DNA of 64,000 nucleotides from an uncultured Enterobacterales bacterium (GCA_964502005.1 CAZCUX010000029.1:32468-96467); one strand, 5' to 3'. Positions 1 to 8,536 are shown, counted from the first letter of the stretch. Numbers and translations are program-made. The notes: generated by a model from the sequence alone, not told the origin.

Positions 1-604
1 GGCGCCGGCGCTGCGTGGGTTGCATGGGTGGCCGCGGCTGGCGACCTTGGCCGTGCTGCCCTTGGCAATTGGCGTCGGAAAGGGCTTCCAACGGCTTCCC
101 GTGGGAGCGATTGCGCTGGTTGCGGTGTGGGGCATCGGGGTGGCGGGAGGCCCGGCCACCCCCCTTCCGACGGACGATGGTGTGGTCGAGGGGCCGGTGC
201 TCGACCTCGTGTCGCTCGACGCGACCATCCCGGAGCAAGCGGTGCGCCAGCGCGCGTTGGCCGATGCGGTATTGTGGCGGCGCTTGCAGGGCGGGGTGGC
301 GACCTCCCTGGCGCCGTCGACCCCGCGCCTTACGGCTGCGGCATCGTTCAGCCTCGCGACCCGCCGGTTGACCGGCTGGGAGTCTCCCGTGTCCGCCCGG
401 TGTGCGCAGGAGGAGGCTGCGCGCTTGGTCGCCCGTGGCTTTCGGGCGGTGGTGTGGCATGGCGGGCATTCGTCCCATCCACTCGCGGCGGATTTGATGC
501 GCGACTTGGGTCCTCCTGCGATGGTCGCGAGCGGCTGGATGTGGACGCTTGACCCCCAAACGCCGGCTCCTCGGGACTGTCCCCTCCTTTCAGAGGTTCA
601 CTGA
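1..604 (+). CDS. 3' end of a hypothetical protein, 5'-truncated by the window edge
   Basis: The frame of ORF 20-604 has protein-like composition; the two alternative frames are Arg/Gly-rich GC artefacts. Its TGA stop (602-604) lies inside a copy of the TGAATCGCCATTCA palindrome. Confidence 0.4.
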   Translation, partial: APALRGLHGWPRLATLAVLPLAIGVGKGFQRLPVGAIALVAVWGIGVAGGPATPLPTDDGVVEGPVLDLVSLDATIPEQAVRQRALADAVLWRRLQGGVATSLAPSTPRLTAAASFSLATRRLTGWESPVSARCAQEEAARLVARGFRAVVWHGGHSSHPLAADLMRDLGPPAMVASGWMWTLDPQTPAPRDCPLLSEVH

Positions 605-616
605 ATCGCCATTCAT
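601..616. repeat. Palindromic element copy cTGAATCGCCATTCAt
   Basis: Half-sites TGAAT/ATTCA. The TGA at 602-604 is the stop codon of the plus-strand ORF. Confidence 0.9.
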
Positions 617-631
617 TTTGGGTGGACCGAA

Positions 632-647
632 ATGAATCGCGATTCAG
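632..647. repeat. Palindromic element copy aTGAATCGCGATTCAg
   Basis: The stop codon of the minus-strand dynamin gene (644-646) lies inside it. Followed by TTTTT. Confidence 0.9.
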
Positions 648-3139
648 TTTTTCGGAGAAGCGGCGTTATCCCCAGGGAGGGAGGTTTCGCGAACGAGCAG
701 CACGCCGATGGTCTCGACGCGCGTATTGGGTGCTAGGTTCCACGGTTCTTGGTTTCGTTCCGCGACGAGCTGGGTGCCCGCGCGGCCGGGAGAACGGGTC
801 CAAAAGGCGCGGGCGCCGGGGAGGTCGTACGGAATTCCGTCGACTACGACCTGCGCTTCGTCTACATCGGGCAAGCGCCAGCCAGGCAGCGCATCGGCCA
901 AGCGCGTGGCTTCTGCGTAAGTCAAGCAAGGAGCGGCAGCGTTGGCGTCGTTGGGGAGCACGCAGTCTCCGGGACTTGTTCCTGCCGGGAGCCGTGGTCC
1001 GCCCGCAAACGCCGCGCCGAACAGCGCCTCTACCTCGGAGGGGCGCAGTGTATGTCCACAGACCCCCTGTTCGGCGTTGCCATCGCAGGTGAAGCCGAAG
1101 ACCTCGGACGTTGCCAAGGGGTACTTCCAGATAGACACGCTCCGGCCAATGTCGGCCCAGGCCGAAGACAGGGCCTCGCGCGCTTCTTGCCAGACGGGGG
1201 CGTTCCAAGCGCTGCCCACGGAGTCTGCTGCGGTGCGCAGCTCGGTGGCGAGGTCGTGTCGCAGAGCGGGGTCGACCCCTATCGCCGTGAGTTGGGCGTC
1301 GATGTGGTCCAGGGTGGCTTGGGTGGACACCGCCAAGTAGATGCCTCCCGTCGCGGCAACCACCGTCGCCGCCTTTCCTGCGCGCATCGTCGCCTGGGTG
1401 AGGGCCCATCGGTGAAGCGCGCGAAGCGAAAGCTGTGTGGGGGGCTGGAGGAGGACGGCGAGCCGGTGGGCCATTTCGAGGTCAGTGGGGGCGGGCGGCG
1501 TGGTGGTGGCGGACGGTTGATTCAGGACGATGCTGTGGGCGACCTGAAGAAGAGCACGCTGTTTTGCCGGGAGCAGCCACGATTGCGAGAAACGTTGGAC
1601 CCATGTATTGCGTTGTGTATGCAACGCATGTTGGAGCGCGCTTCCTATCCACGGAAGGCCGGTGCAGGGGGCGGGCTGCCAGAGGCTTGGCGCGGTGCAA
1701 CCTTCGCCGAACCGCGTGGGAACGTCGAGGTTCAGTATTGTGTCGCCAGAAAGAAGAAGCGAAATCAGGGTGTCGCGCGCGGTGGGGTCGGCGTGGGTCC
1801 ATCGCGCCGGTCGTGCCGCCAGTCGCGACAATTCGACGAGGCAACGCCGCCAAGTGCCTCCCGCTGGACTTCGGAGCAGAAACTCGTGGGTGTCCAACAG
1901 ATGGACCGCCTGGAGACACACCTGCAATTGGGGGTCGGATTGGCGCTGAAGCCATGCGAGCACGGGAACAAGACTGGCCTCGTCTGGCGGAGGCACGGTA
2001 GACCGCTGCACACGCAGAATGCGCAGCTCTTCGCGCCAGTCCGCGTGGAACTGCTGCAGCACGTTTTCTACGGCGGAGGGGCCTTTGTCACGTTGCTCGT
2101 CCAGCACGCGTTGGGCGACGAGGCGTCGGATGCGGTTGTGCTCGACGGAGCGCTTGGTTTGCACGAGGCGCTTTCGCTGTATGCGTTCGGCTTGGAGATT
2201 TCGCAATACATCGCGGACGGGACCGGTGCCGGGCAAGTGGAGGTCGGTTCCTTGGGTGGAGCAGTAGACGACGCCCGCCAGATTGCCGCGAAAGCGCGCG
2301 CGGAGGTCTTCTTCTAACTCCTTGAGTTGCTCTTCGCGGCTTGGGCCCCTTCGGCGGACACGAACCTTGTCGACCATAGTAAGCACAATCCAGGTGCGGC
2401 CGGTGATGCGCGCAAGTCTCTCCAATAGCTGCGTTTCGTCTTCGGAGCCGGCGCGGGTTGCGTCGCAAATCAACAATGCAGCATCACAGCGCCCCAGCTC
2501 TTCGTCGACGCGCAGCAGGTGGGACGGGTGCTCGCTTCCGACGCCGGGAGTGTCTACCAGCACGAGGTCTGCGAGGAGGGGATGGGACAATCGAAGACGC
2601 ACCCGCGCGGGTGCGTTGGGGCCTTGTGCGCGAAGGGCGGTCGCCAAACGTTCGCTTGGGAGCGGTCCCCAACTTCCGTCCGAGAACTGTTGGTCACAGT
2701 CGTTGGTGGTGCCTTCCTGCAACTCGGTAACGCAGCCGGTGGTGGGTTCGACGTCGGCGGGGAGGCGGGTGCCCAGTCCTACCAGCGCATTGAGCAAAGA
2801 TGACTTTCCGCTCGAAAACCCGCCCACCAAGGCGACGCGAAGTGCGGGTCCGTCATCGGGGGGCGTGCCCAAGGCCCGCGTGAGGACCGACTGTGCGCAA
2901 GGTGTGAGCAGCTCGGGCGACAGCGTTATATTGGACGTTCGGGTGTCCGCGCGCAGCTCGTCGAGCATCGTAGCGACGAGGTCTTCGGATAGGGCGGCGG
3001 ACGAAGTGGGTGGCGCGAGCGCGGGCCCGAGCGTTTCGAAGAGCGTGGCGGTCGAGGTCCATGGGCCGCGGTGCGCGAGTTCTGCGAGCCATGGCAAGGT
3101 GACGCGTTCGGGCACGGCCATGTGACGCGTCCCGTTCAA
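644..3139 (-). CDS. Bacterial dynamin-like GTPase (BDLP family), 831 aa, with a ~250-aa C-terminal extension
   Basis: P-loop ALVGGFSSGKSSLLNAL, G3 motif DTPGVGS, and a long helical stalk. The start ATG overlaps the stop of the upstream dynamin (ATGA at 3136-3139). The stop codon (644-646) is embedded in the TGAATCGCGATTCA palindrome. Confidence 0.85.
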   Translation of the reverse strand: MNGTRHMAVPERVTLPWLAELAHRGPWTSTATLFETLGPALAPPTSSAALSEDLVATMLDELRADTRTSNITLSPELLTPCAQSVLTRALGTPPDDGPALRVALVGGFSSGKSSLLNALVGLGTRLPADVEPTTGCVTELQEGTTNDCDQQFSDGSWGPLPSERLATALRAQGPNAPARVRLRLSHPLLADLVLVDTPGVGSEHPSHLLRVDEELGRCDAALLICDATRAGSEDETQLLERLARITGRTWIVLTMVDKVRVRRRGPSREEQLKELEEDLRARFRGNLAGVVYCSTQGTDLHLPGTGPVRDVLRNLQAERIQRKRLVQTKRSVEHNRIRRLVAQRVLDEQRDKGPSAVENVLQQFHADWREELRILRVQRSTVPPPDEASLVPVLAWLQRQSDPQLQVCLQAVHLLDTHEFLLRSPAGGTWRRCLVELSRLAARPARWTHADPTARDTLISLLLSGDTILNLDVPTRFGEGCTAPSLWQPAPCTGLPWIGSALQHALHTQRNTWVQRFSQSWLLPAKQRALLQVAHSIVLNQPSATTTPPAPTDLEMAHRLAVLLQPPTQLSLRALHRWALTQATMRAGKAATVVAATGGIYLAVSTQATLDHIDAQLTAIGVDPALRHDLATELRTAADSVGSAWNAPVWQEAREALSSAWADIGRSVSIWKYPLATSEVFGFTCDGNAEQGVCGHTLRPSEVEALFGAAFAGGPRLPAGTSPGDCVLPNDANAAAPCLTYAEATRLADALPGWRLPDVDEAQVVVDGIPYDLPGARAFWTRSPGRAGTQLVAERNQEPWNLAPNTRVETIGVLLVRETSLPGDNAASPKN

Positions 3140-4872
3140 GGCAAGGAGTCCAGTTCGGCGACGAGGGCGCGCAATTTTGCGGTGTGTTCGCTGGATGCAG
3201 GAGCGGAAATCGCGTCGATGCGACGGCGAAGCGCTTGTATTTCCGCTGTGACGTGCTGGTTGATGGCTGTCTGAAGCCTTTGCTCATGCTGGTCTATCGC
3301 GTTGCGCATCGACGCTCGAAGACCAGCGATGGCTTGCTGTGTGGTGGCGTCGGCGTCGACCACACTCCGGGTGGTGGTCGAAGACATTGTCGCTGCGCCC
3401 CATGCGATGAAGGGGAGAAGCCCTGGCGCGGTGAAGAGCGCGACGAGACCGGCGCCGACGGCCACTGCGAGCATATCGTTGCTCTCTTTGACCGTGCGCA
3501 TGCAGACATCGACATGTTGTGCTTCGACGCGCTTCGGGCCTTGGAGGGATAGCTTGGCTTCGGAGTCAATCAGCTCGGCCATTGCAAGCTGTAGCGCGCT
3601 TTTTGCGGCGTTTTGGTGGTGCTTGAGGTGGGCTTGGAGTCGGTCGGCAACTTCCTGAAGGACGGCTCTTGCCGCGTCTTTGTCGTCGGAACGGAGCTGA
3701 TTGGCCAAACGAATCCGCGCTTCGTCCAAGTCGACGTCGAGGCGAGACCGAAGCTGCTCTATGTGCGGCTTTTCGGAGGCGTGTACCTTTGTGGGCACAT
3801 TCGCCAGGACCTGTTGGAGCGTTCGTAGACGCTCGATGCGTCGGTTTGCTGCCTCTGCATCGAGGTGGGCGTCTTCGAGGCGCGCGCGGAGGGACAAACG
3901 CAAGCGTCGTTGCAGCGAGGTTTGCCGCTCGTTGTGCGCGTCCATCAACACTTCTACGCGTTGTTGGACGAGGTGTTCGTCCAGGAGCCCACGGAGCGTG
4001 GGGATACCCGAGGATTCGAGCGCCTCTATCTCTCCTGTGCCGACCTCGGGCCTGCCTATGCCCTCTACCTCGGCGATTGCGTCCTGGGCGTCGCGAGCGT
4101 CGGCGGCGGACACAAAAAGGATAGGTGGACAGCCGCCTGTCGCCTCCCGAACGGCGGACGCTATCCGGTCTTGTACGCGGGCCCGCTCGGCGCGGGTCGC
4201 GAGGGCGTCGGTGTGGTTGACGACGAGGAATGCGTTCTTGCGGTCCCCCAGAAGGACGTGCTCGCGCAGCAAACGAAGCTCGGCTTTGCCAAGTGGACGG
4301 TCGGCACGCGTCACGAATACCACAGCGTCGGCGCGGGGAAGCCACGCGAGGGTACAGCGTTCGCCGGCTAGCCCACCGGCTTGGGCGCCGGGTGTATCGA
4401 CCAGTTCTACTTCGGGCCCAGGCCAGCCCGGCGTTGTAATGGTGACCTCGACCTCCTCGGCGTCGGCCGAGCGGTCTTGGGCGAGCGTCGCGAGGTCGCG
4501 CAGCGGGCGTACGGGGCCGAGTGGTCTTCCCGGCAAACGTGCGCGGATGCCCTCGGTGCCCCGAGGGTCGCGGCGCACGCGGCAGACGGTCGCCGTGCAT
4601 TCACGCAGCTTCACGGGCACCACCTCGTCGTTCAGCAGCGCGTTGATGAGGGTGGACTTCCCCGCCTTGAATTCACCAACGAATGCAATTCGAAGGCGCT
4701 CCACCCGCAACTCTTGGTCCATTCGCCGCGCTTCACGCGCCAACTCTGGCTCTTCGGCACGTTCGGCCAGCGATGCGAGCGCCTGCAAGCGACTCCGCAG
4801 CTTTGGAATCTGGGTACGCAGGGCAGCAACGGCTTCGGAGGGGCGCGCGTCGCGTTCGAGAAGTGTGGACAC
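3136..4872 (-). CDS. Bacterial dynamin-like GTPase (BDLP family), 578 aa, first gene of a tandem pair
   Basis: P-loop FVGEFKAGKSTLINALL, G3 motif VDTPGAQ, a coiled-coil N-terminus, and a hydrophobic hairpin (LVALFTAPGLLPFIAWGAA) typical of a BDLP paddle. It is translationally coupled to the downstream paralogue. Confidence 0.85.
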   Translation of the reverse strand: MSTLLERDARPSEAVAALRTQIPKLRSRLQALASLAERAEEPELAREARRMDQELRVERLRIAFVGEFKAGKSTLINALLNDEVVPVKLRECTATVCRVRRDPRGTEGIRARLPGRPLGPVRPLRDLATLAQDRSADAEEVEVTITTPGWPGPEVELVDTPGAQAGGLAGERCTLAWLPRADAVVFVTRADRPLGKAELRLLREHVLLGDRKNAFLVVNHTDALATRAERARVQDRIASAVREATGGCPPILFVSAADARDAQDAIAEVEGIGRPEVGTGEIEALESSGIPTLRGLLDEHLVQQRVEVLMDAHNERQTSLQRRLRLSLRARLEDAHLDAEAANRRIERLRTLQQVLANVPTKVHASEKPHIEQLRSRLDVDLDEARIRLANQLRSDDKDAARAVLQEVADRLQAHLKHHQNAAKSALQLAMAELIDSEAKLSLQGPKRVEAQHVDVCMRTVKESNDMLAVAVGAGLVALFTAPGLLPFIAWGAATMSSTTTRSVVDADATTQQAIAGLRASMRNAIDQHEQRLQTAINQHVTAEIQALRRRIDAISAPASSEHTAKLRALVAELDSLP

Positions 4873-5189
4873 CGGTGCTTTCCTGGGAGTCTACGGATGG
4901 AAATGCGAAGATACACCGATAAGGAGACACAATGCGGAGCCGTTCGTCCGCTCGGGAATACACAACGGAAGGGAATGCGCACGTTACGCGGTTTTACGAA
5001 ATACCATCGTGGTACGCGATGGCTGCATTTCTCTTGCATTCCCACCTTCGGTCGGGAAAAGCAAGGCCATTTCATGGGTGCGCGTGCCGGTACCCCCATG
5101 TTTCCGACCGAAATTCGTGGTCGACGACGCCCAACGCGAAATCGTCCGGTTCGATTGCTTTGTGCCTGGAATCGTGCGTTGTCGCCCAA

Positions 5190-5205
5190 CTGAATCGCCA
5201 TTCAT
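5190..5205. repeat. Palindromic element copy cTGAATCGCCATTCAt
   Basis: In the dynamin-operon upstream / desaturase downstream gap. Followed by TTTTCT. Confidence 0.9.
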
Positions 5206-5234
5206 TTTCTGGAAGGGCCACAGGCGGAGCATCA

Positions 5235-6212
5235 TTACGTGCGAGAGGGCCCCTCTCTATTTTTTTGTGACCGACCCGGAAGACCGGGCTGACCGGCTTG
5301 CTCGGGGTGTCGTTCTACAAATGCGGCCTTCATCTCTTGTGCGGTTTGGCGAGAACCATCGTGGCTCCACCCCGGTGGACCCAACACGTAGCCCAATCGT
5401 TGTTGCAGCGAGAGGCCGGGTTGGCTCGCATCATGGGCCATGGCGAGTAGCTCGTGAAATGCAATGCGCAGCGGATTGAAGGTGTAGACTTGGGTGGTCA
5501 GGCCATAGATGGGAGGGTCTGCTGCATTTTCGGGGACAAATGTGCCGAACATGCGGTCCCAAAGAATAAAAACGCCGGCATAATTGGCGTCGAGATACCT
5601 TGGGTTGGTGGCGTGGTGAACGCGGTGGTGCGACGGTGTGTTGAACACCGCTTCAAACCAGGGCGGCATGCGATCGACCAGCTCGGTGTGAATCCAGAAC
5701 TGGTAAACCAAGTTGACGCCTCCGACGAATGCGAGCATCGCGGGATGAAAGCCCATCGCCAGAAGCGGTAGGTGAAAGAGAAAGCCCAGGGTCAGCTCAC
5801 CGGCCCAGGTTTGTCGCAAGGCAGTCGAGAGATTGTAATGTTGGGACGAATGGTGGGTGACGTGCGCGCCCCAAAACCATCGAATTTCGTGCATATATCG
5901 ATGATACCAATAATAACGGATGTCATCCAACACAAAGCAAAGCACAAACACCCACGGCGACCAACCGTAGGACTGGTCTGCAAACGAGAAGGGTGCCCAT
6001 TTGGTGACGACAGCCAACAACGTGCCCACGACGGCGCCGAGGGTCAGGCCGAGGAACAAGTTTCCGGTGCCCATGGTCAGGCTGGTGATGGTGTCGCGCA
6101 TCTCATAGCGGACCCGGCCCTTGCGCATCCCCCACGCGACCTCTGCGACCATCGCGAGGACAAAGCCGGGCACTGCCAAGTTGACGATGTCGGGGAGTTC
6201 GGGCATTGGCAT
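5235..6212 (-). CDS. Fatty-acid hydroxylase superfamily enzyme, sterol desaturase / C4-methyl sterol oxidase-like
   Basis: Three histidine boxes (HRYMHE, HVTHHS, HHRVHH) in a polytopic membrane protein, with LWDRMFGTF following the last box. Confidence 0.8.
   Translation of the reverse strand: MPMPELPDIVNLAVPGFVLAMVAEVAWGMRKGRVRYEMRDTITSLTMGTGNLFLGLTLGAVVGTLLAVVTKWAPFSFADQSYGWSPWVFVLCFVLDDIRYYWYHRYMHEIRWFWGAHVTHHSSQHYNLSTALRQTWAGELTLGFLFHLPLLAMGFHPAMLAFVGGVNLVYQFWIHTELVDRMPPWFEAVFNTPSHHRVHHATNPRYLDANYAGVFILWDRMFGTFVPENAADPPIYGLTTQVYTFNPLRIAFHELLAMAHDASQPGLSLQQRLGYVLGPPGWSHDGSRQTAQEMKAAFVERHPEQAGQPGLPGRSQKNREGPSRT
5243..5266 (+). terminator. Rho-independent terminator-like hairpin (GAGAGGGCCCCTCTC plus TATTTTTTT), plus-strand sense only
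   Basis: A GC-rich 6-bp stem is followed by a T7 run. It overlaps the last codons of the minus-strand desaturase gene. No plus-strand protein gene lies upstream. Confidence 0.45.
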
Positions 6213-6219
6213 CCGTACC

Positions 6220-6648
6220 TCACTTTGCGCCGGCGACGAGGGTAGACAAGCGGGCCATCCACATCGACCGCAACACGGGGTCCGTCAAAGGAAAGGACAG
6301 CTGGGCGAAGGTGGGGTCTGCGAGCACGACCCACAGCCTTTGGGGCTCCGAATAGACGGACCGTACCGCGCCGGGCTTCCACAAGCGCGTGACGAGGCGG
6401 TCGCCCAACACCGCCACGACCCCCATACCGGCAGGCGTCCACAACAACGCCGCCGAGCCATCCTGTGCCAACAAGGAGTCCGTCACCGTATCTGTCGGAT
6501 GGGACAACGCAAAACGCGCCGCAGCCATTTGGACGTCGGCAATCTTGGCGACACGAGCGCCTCCCAGCCCATACACGAGGCCCAGCACCAACGCCGTGCC
6601 CGCACTGATGACGGCCAGGAGAAGGGGCAGCGGAATGGACGTCGCCAT
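6220..6648 (-). CDS. Hypothetical membrane-anchored protein
   Basis: N-terminal TM helix (LPLLLAVISAGTALVLGLVYGL). It sits between recN and the desaturase on the same strand with small gaps. Confidence 0.45.
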   Translation of the reverse strand: MATSIPLPLLLAVISAGTALVLGLVYGLGGARVAKIADVQMAAARFALSHPTDTVTDSLLAQDGSAALLWTPAGMGVVAVLGDRLVTRLWKPGAVRSVYSEPQRLWVVLADPTFAQLSFPLTDPVLRSMWMARLSTLVAGAK

Positions 6649-6666
6649 TGAACCTCCTACGGTACC

Positions 6667-8445
6667 CTACCCCAAGGATAGAGCGGTTGTGGCGGTTTCC
6701 GCAGAGAGAGTTGGTGCTGTGGGCGAGGCGTCTGCGGGACTCCGTGCGGCGCGTGCGGCAGCCCGCAGCTCACGGGCGGCTGCGCGGGAGGCGGAGCTCA
6801 CATCGATTCCGCCCAGCATCCGGCTGATTTCGTCGAGGTGGCCCGCCTCGTCCAGCTTTTTTACCCGGCTGTGCGTGCGACCGTCGACTTGCACCTTGTG
6901 GACATGGTGGTGGTGCCGCGCGTACACCGCAACCTGGGGGCTGTGGGTGATACAGAGGACTTGGTTGTGGCGTGCAATATCGGACAGTTTTTGTCCGATT
7001 ACCTCAGCGACCGCGCCACCCACGCCGGTGTCCACTTCGTCGAACACGAACGTACCTACCGGCCCGATATCGGCCAGCACGCGCTTGAGTGCCAGCAATG
7101 CCCGCGACAACTCGCCGCCGCTCGCAACGCGGGCGAGAGGGCGAGGCTCTTCTCCGGGGTTGGGGGCAATCAAAAACTCCACCCGGTCGATGCCCCGCGC
7201 GGAGAAACGCTGGCCATCGAGGGCGATGCCCCCGTCGCCGTCAAGCGGTGCGACATCGACCATGACCCGTGCCCCGCCCATACCAAGGCTCGAAAGCTCT
7301 GCCGTCATGGCCGATGCCAAGGTGCCCGACGCCGCGTGGCGGCCCCGCGACAAGGCGCGGGCGACAGAGCGGGCCGCATCGCGCGCCGCTTCGACCGCCT
7401 TGGACAGTGTATCGACTCTGGCTTCGCTATCACCCAGCTGCGCAAGCTCCTTTCGCGCGGCATCGGCCCACTCCAATAGGTCGTCGAGGGTGTGGCCATG
7501 CTTTCGCACCAACCGGCGCAGCGCGACCATTCGCTCCTCCGCTTCTGCAAGCGCGCCGGGGTCCATCGAGACATCGGAGGCGTAGGCTTCTAAGTCGCGG
7601 GCGACCTCTTCAATCTCCATGCGCGCGGAGTCGAGGCGGGAAGCAAACACGCCAAACTGGGCATCGTGCCGGAGCGCGGCTTCTAAGCGGCCGGCAATTT
7701 TGGCCAGGCGTGCGGTAACGGCGTCATCGGCGCCATAGAGTGCGTGTTCGGCTTCCCCGGCTGCACGGGCGAGGTCGACGGCGTGGCGCAGGCGCCGTGT
7801 GGTGGCTTCTAGTTCATCAAGCTCGCCTGGCTGGGGCTTGAGCTTGTCCACTTCTTGAAGCTGAAATCGGAGGAGGTCTTCTCGCTCGGCACGTTCGCGA
7901 AGGGTAGCCGAAACCTCGCGGAGTGCTTGTTCTGTGTCCACCAAACGTTTGTGGGCTTCAGCCACCGCAGAACGATTGCCCATGAGCGCGCCGAACGCGT
8001 CGAGATGGTCGATGTGGGTGCGCGCATCGACGAGGGTGTGGTGCTCGTGTTGGCTAGAGATGTCAACCAGACCCCGTGCAAGCTCCTGCAGGGTGCGGGC
8101 GGGTGTGAGGCGGCCGCCAACAAACGCGCGGCTACGACCCGACCGGAGAACCACGCGTCGCACAATCAGCTCATCGTCAACCTCAATCCCCCTTTCCGCC
8201 AGCGCCGCACGCAGCTTTGGTGCGGGTCCCAGTTCGAACAGCGCTTCGACCTCCGCTTGGTCGGCGCCGGTTCTCACCAACCCCGCATCGGCGCGCCCAC
8301 CCAAAACCAGGGCCAGCGCGGCGATAAGGATGCTTTTGCCTGCCCCTGTTTCGCCGGTCAGAACATTGAGACCGGGACCGAGCTCAAGCTCGGATTCCTC
8401 AATGATGGCCAGATTTCGGATTCGCAACAGTTGGAGAGACATCGG
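6667..8445 (-). CDS. recN: DNA repair protein RecN (SMC-like ATPase)
   Basis: N-terminus MSLQLLRIRNLAIIEESELELGPGLNVLTGETGAGKSILIAAL is the Walker A region of RecN, followed by a coiled-coil middle and a C-terminal signature/Walker B region. The start is placed at the internal MSLQ (ORF aa 58); the longer upstream extension looks non-native. Confidence 0.9.
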   Translation of the reverse strand, partial: PMSLQLLRIRNLAIIEESELELGPGLNVLTGETGAGKSILIAALALVLGGRADAGLVRTGADQAEVEALFELGPAPKLRAALAERGIEVDDELIVRRVVLRSGRSRAFVGGRLTPARTLQELARGLVDISSQHEHHTLVDARTHIDHLDAFGALMGNRSAVAEAHKRLVDTEQALREVSATLRERAEREDLLRFQLQEVDKLKPQPGELDELEATTRRLRHAVDLARAAGEAEHALYGADDAVTARLAKIAGRLEAALRHDAQFGVFASRLDSARMEIEEVARDLEAYASDVSMDPGALAEAEERMVALRRLVRKHGHTLDDLLEWADAARKELAQLGDSEARVDTLSKAVEAARDAARSVARALSRGRHAASGTLASAMTAELSSLGMGGARVMVDVAPLDGDGGIALDGQRFSARGIDRVEFLIAPNPGEEPRPLARVASGGELSRALLALKRVLADIGPVGTFVFDEVDTGVGGAVAEVIGQKLSDIARHNQVLCITHSPQVAVYARHHHHVHKVQVDGRTHSRVKKLDEAGHLDEISRMLGGIDVSSASRAAARELRAAARAARSPADASPTAPTLSAETATTALSLG

Positions 8446-8519
8446 GACTCCGCAAGAGACGACGTTACCTGTTCTCGCGTCTCTTGCCTGCACACTATCC
8501 CTGGATCTTTCTCCATGTC

Positions 8520-8536
8520 CGGTCAGTTTTTGACCG
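8520..8536. promoter_or_regulatory. Inverted repeat CGGTCA-GTTTT-TGACCG about 75 bp upstream of the recN start, candidate operator
   Basis: Perfect 6-bp arms inside an otherwise GC-rich leader of an SOS-type gene. Confidence 0.3.

Noticed and set aside
596-653. Interpreting the dispersed palindrome as a Myxococcus-type LexA / SOS box
   Set aside because: It differs from the CTGAAC-N4-GTTCAG-type consensus at both half-sites. It occurs about a dozen times in 64 kb, mostly at gene 3' ends rather than in promoters of repair genes, and the recN leader lacks it.
749-2317. Long antisense ORFs overlapping confident genes (749-2317+, 3701-5479+, 10069-11175-, 15809-17149-, 35336-36346-, 58709-59515-, 59100-59987+, 62323-63204-)
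   Set aside because: Arg/Pro/Gly/Ala-rich low-complexity translations typical of the off-frames of high-GC coding DNA. Each overlaps a gene with clear family motifs on the other strand or frame.
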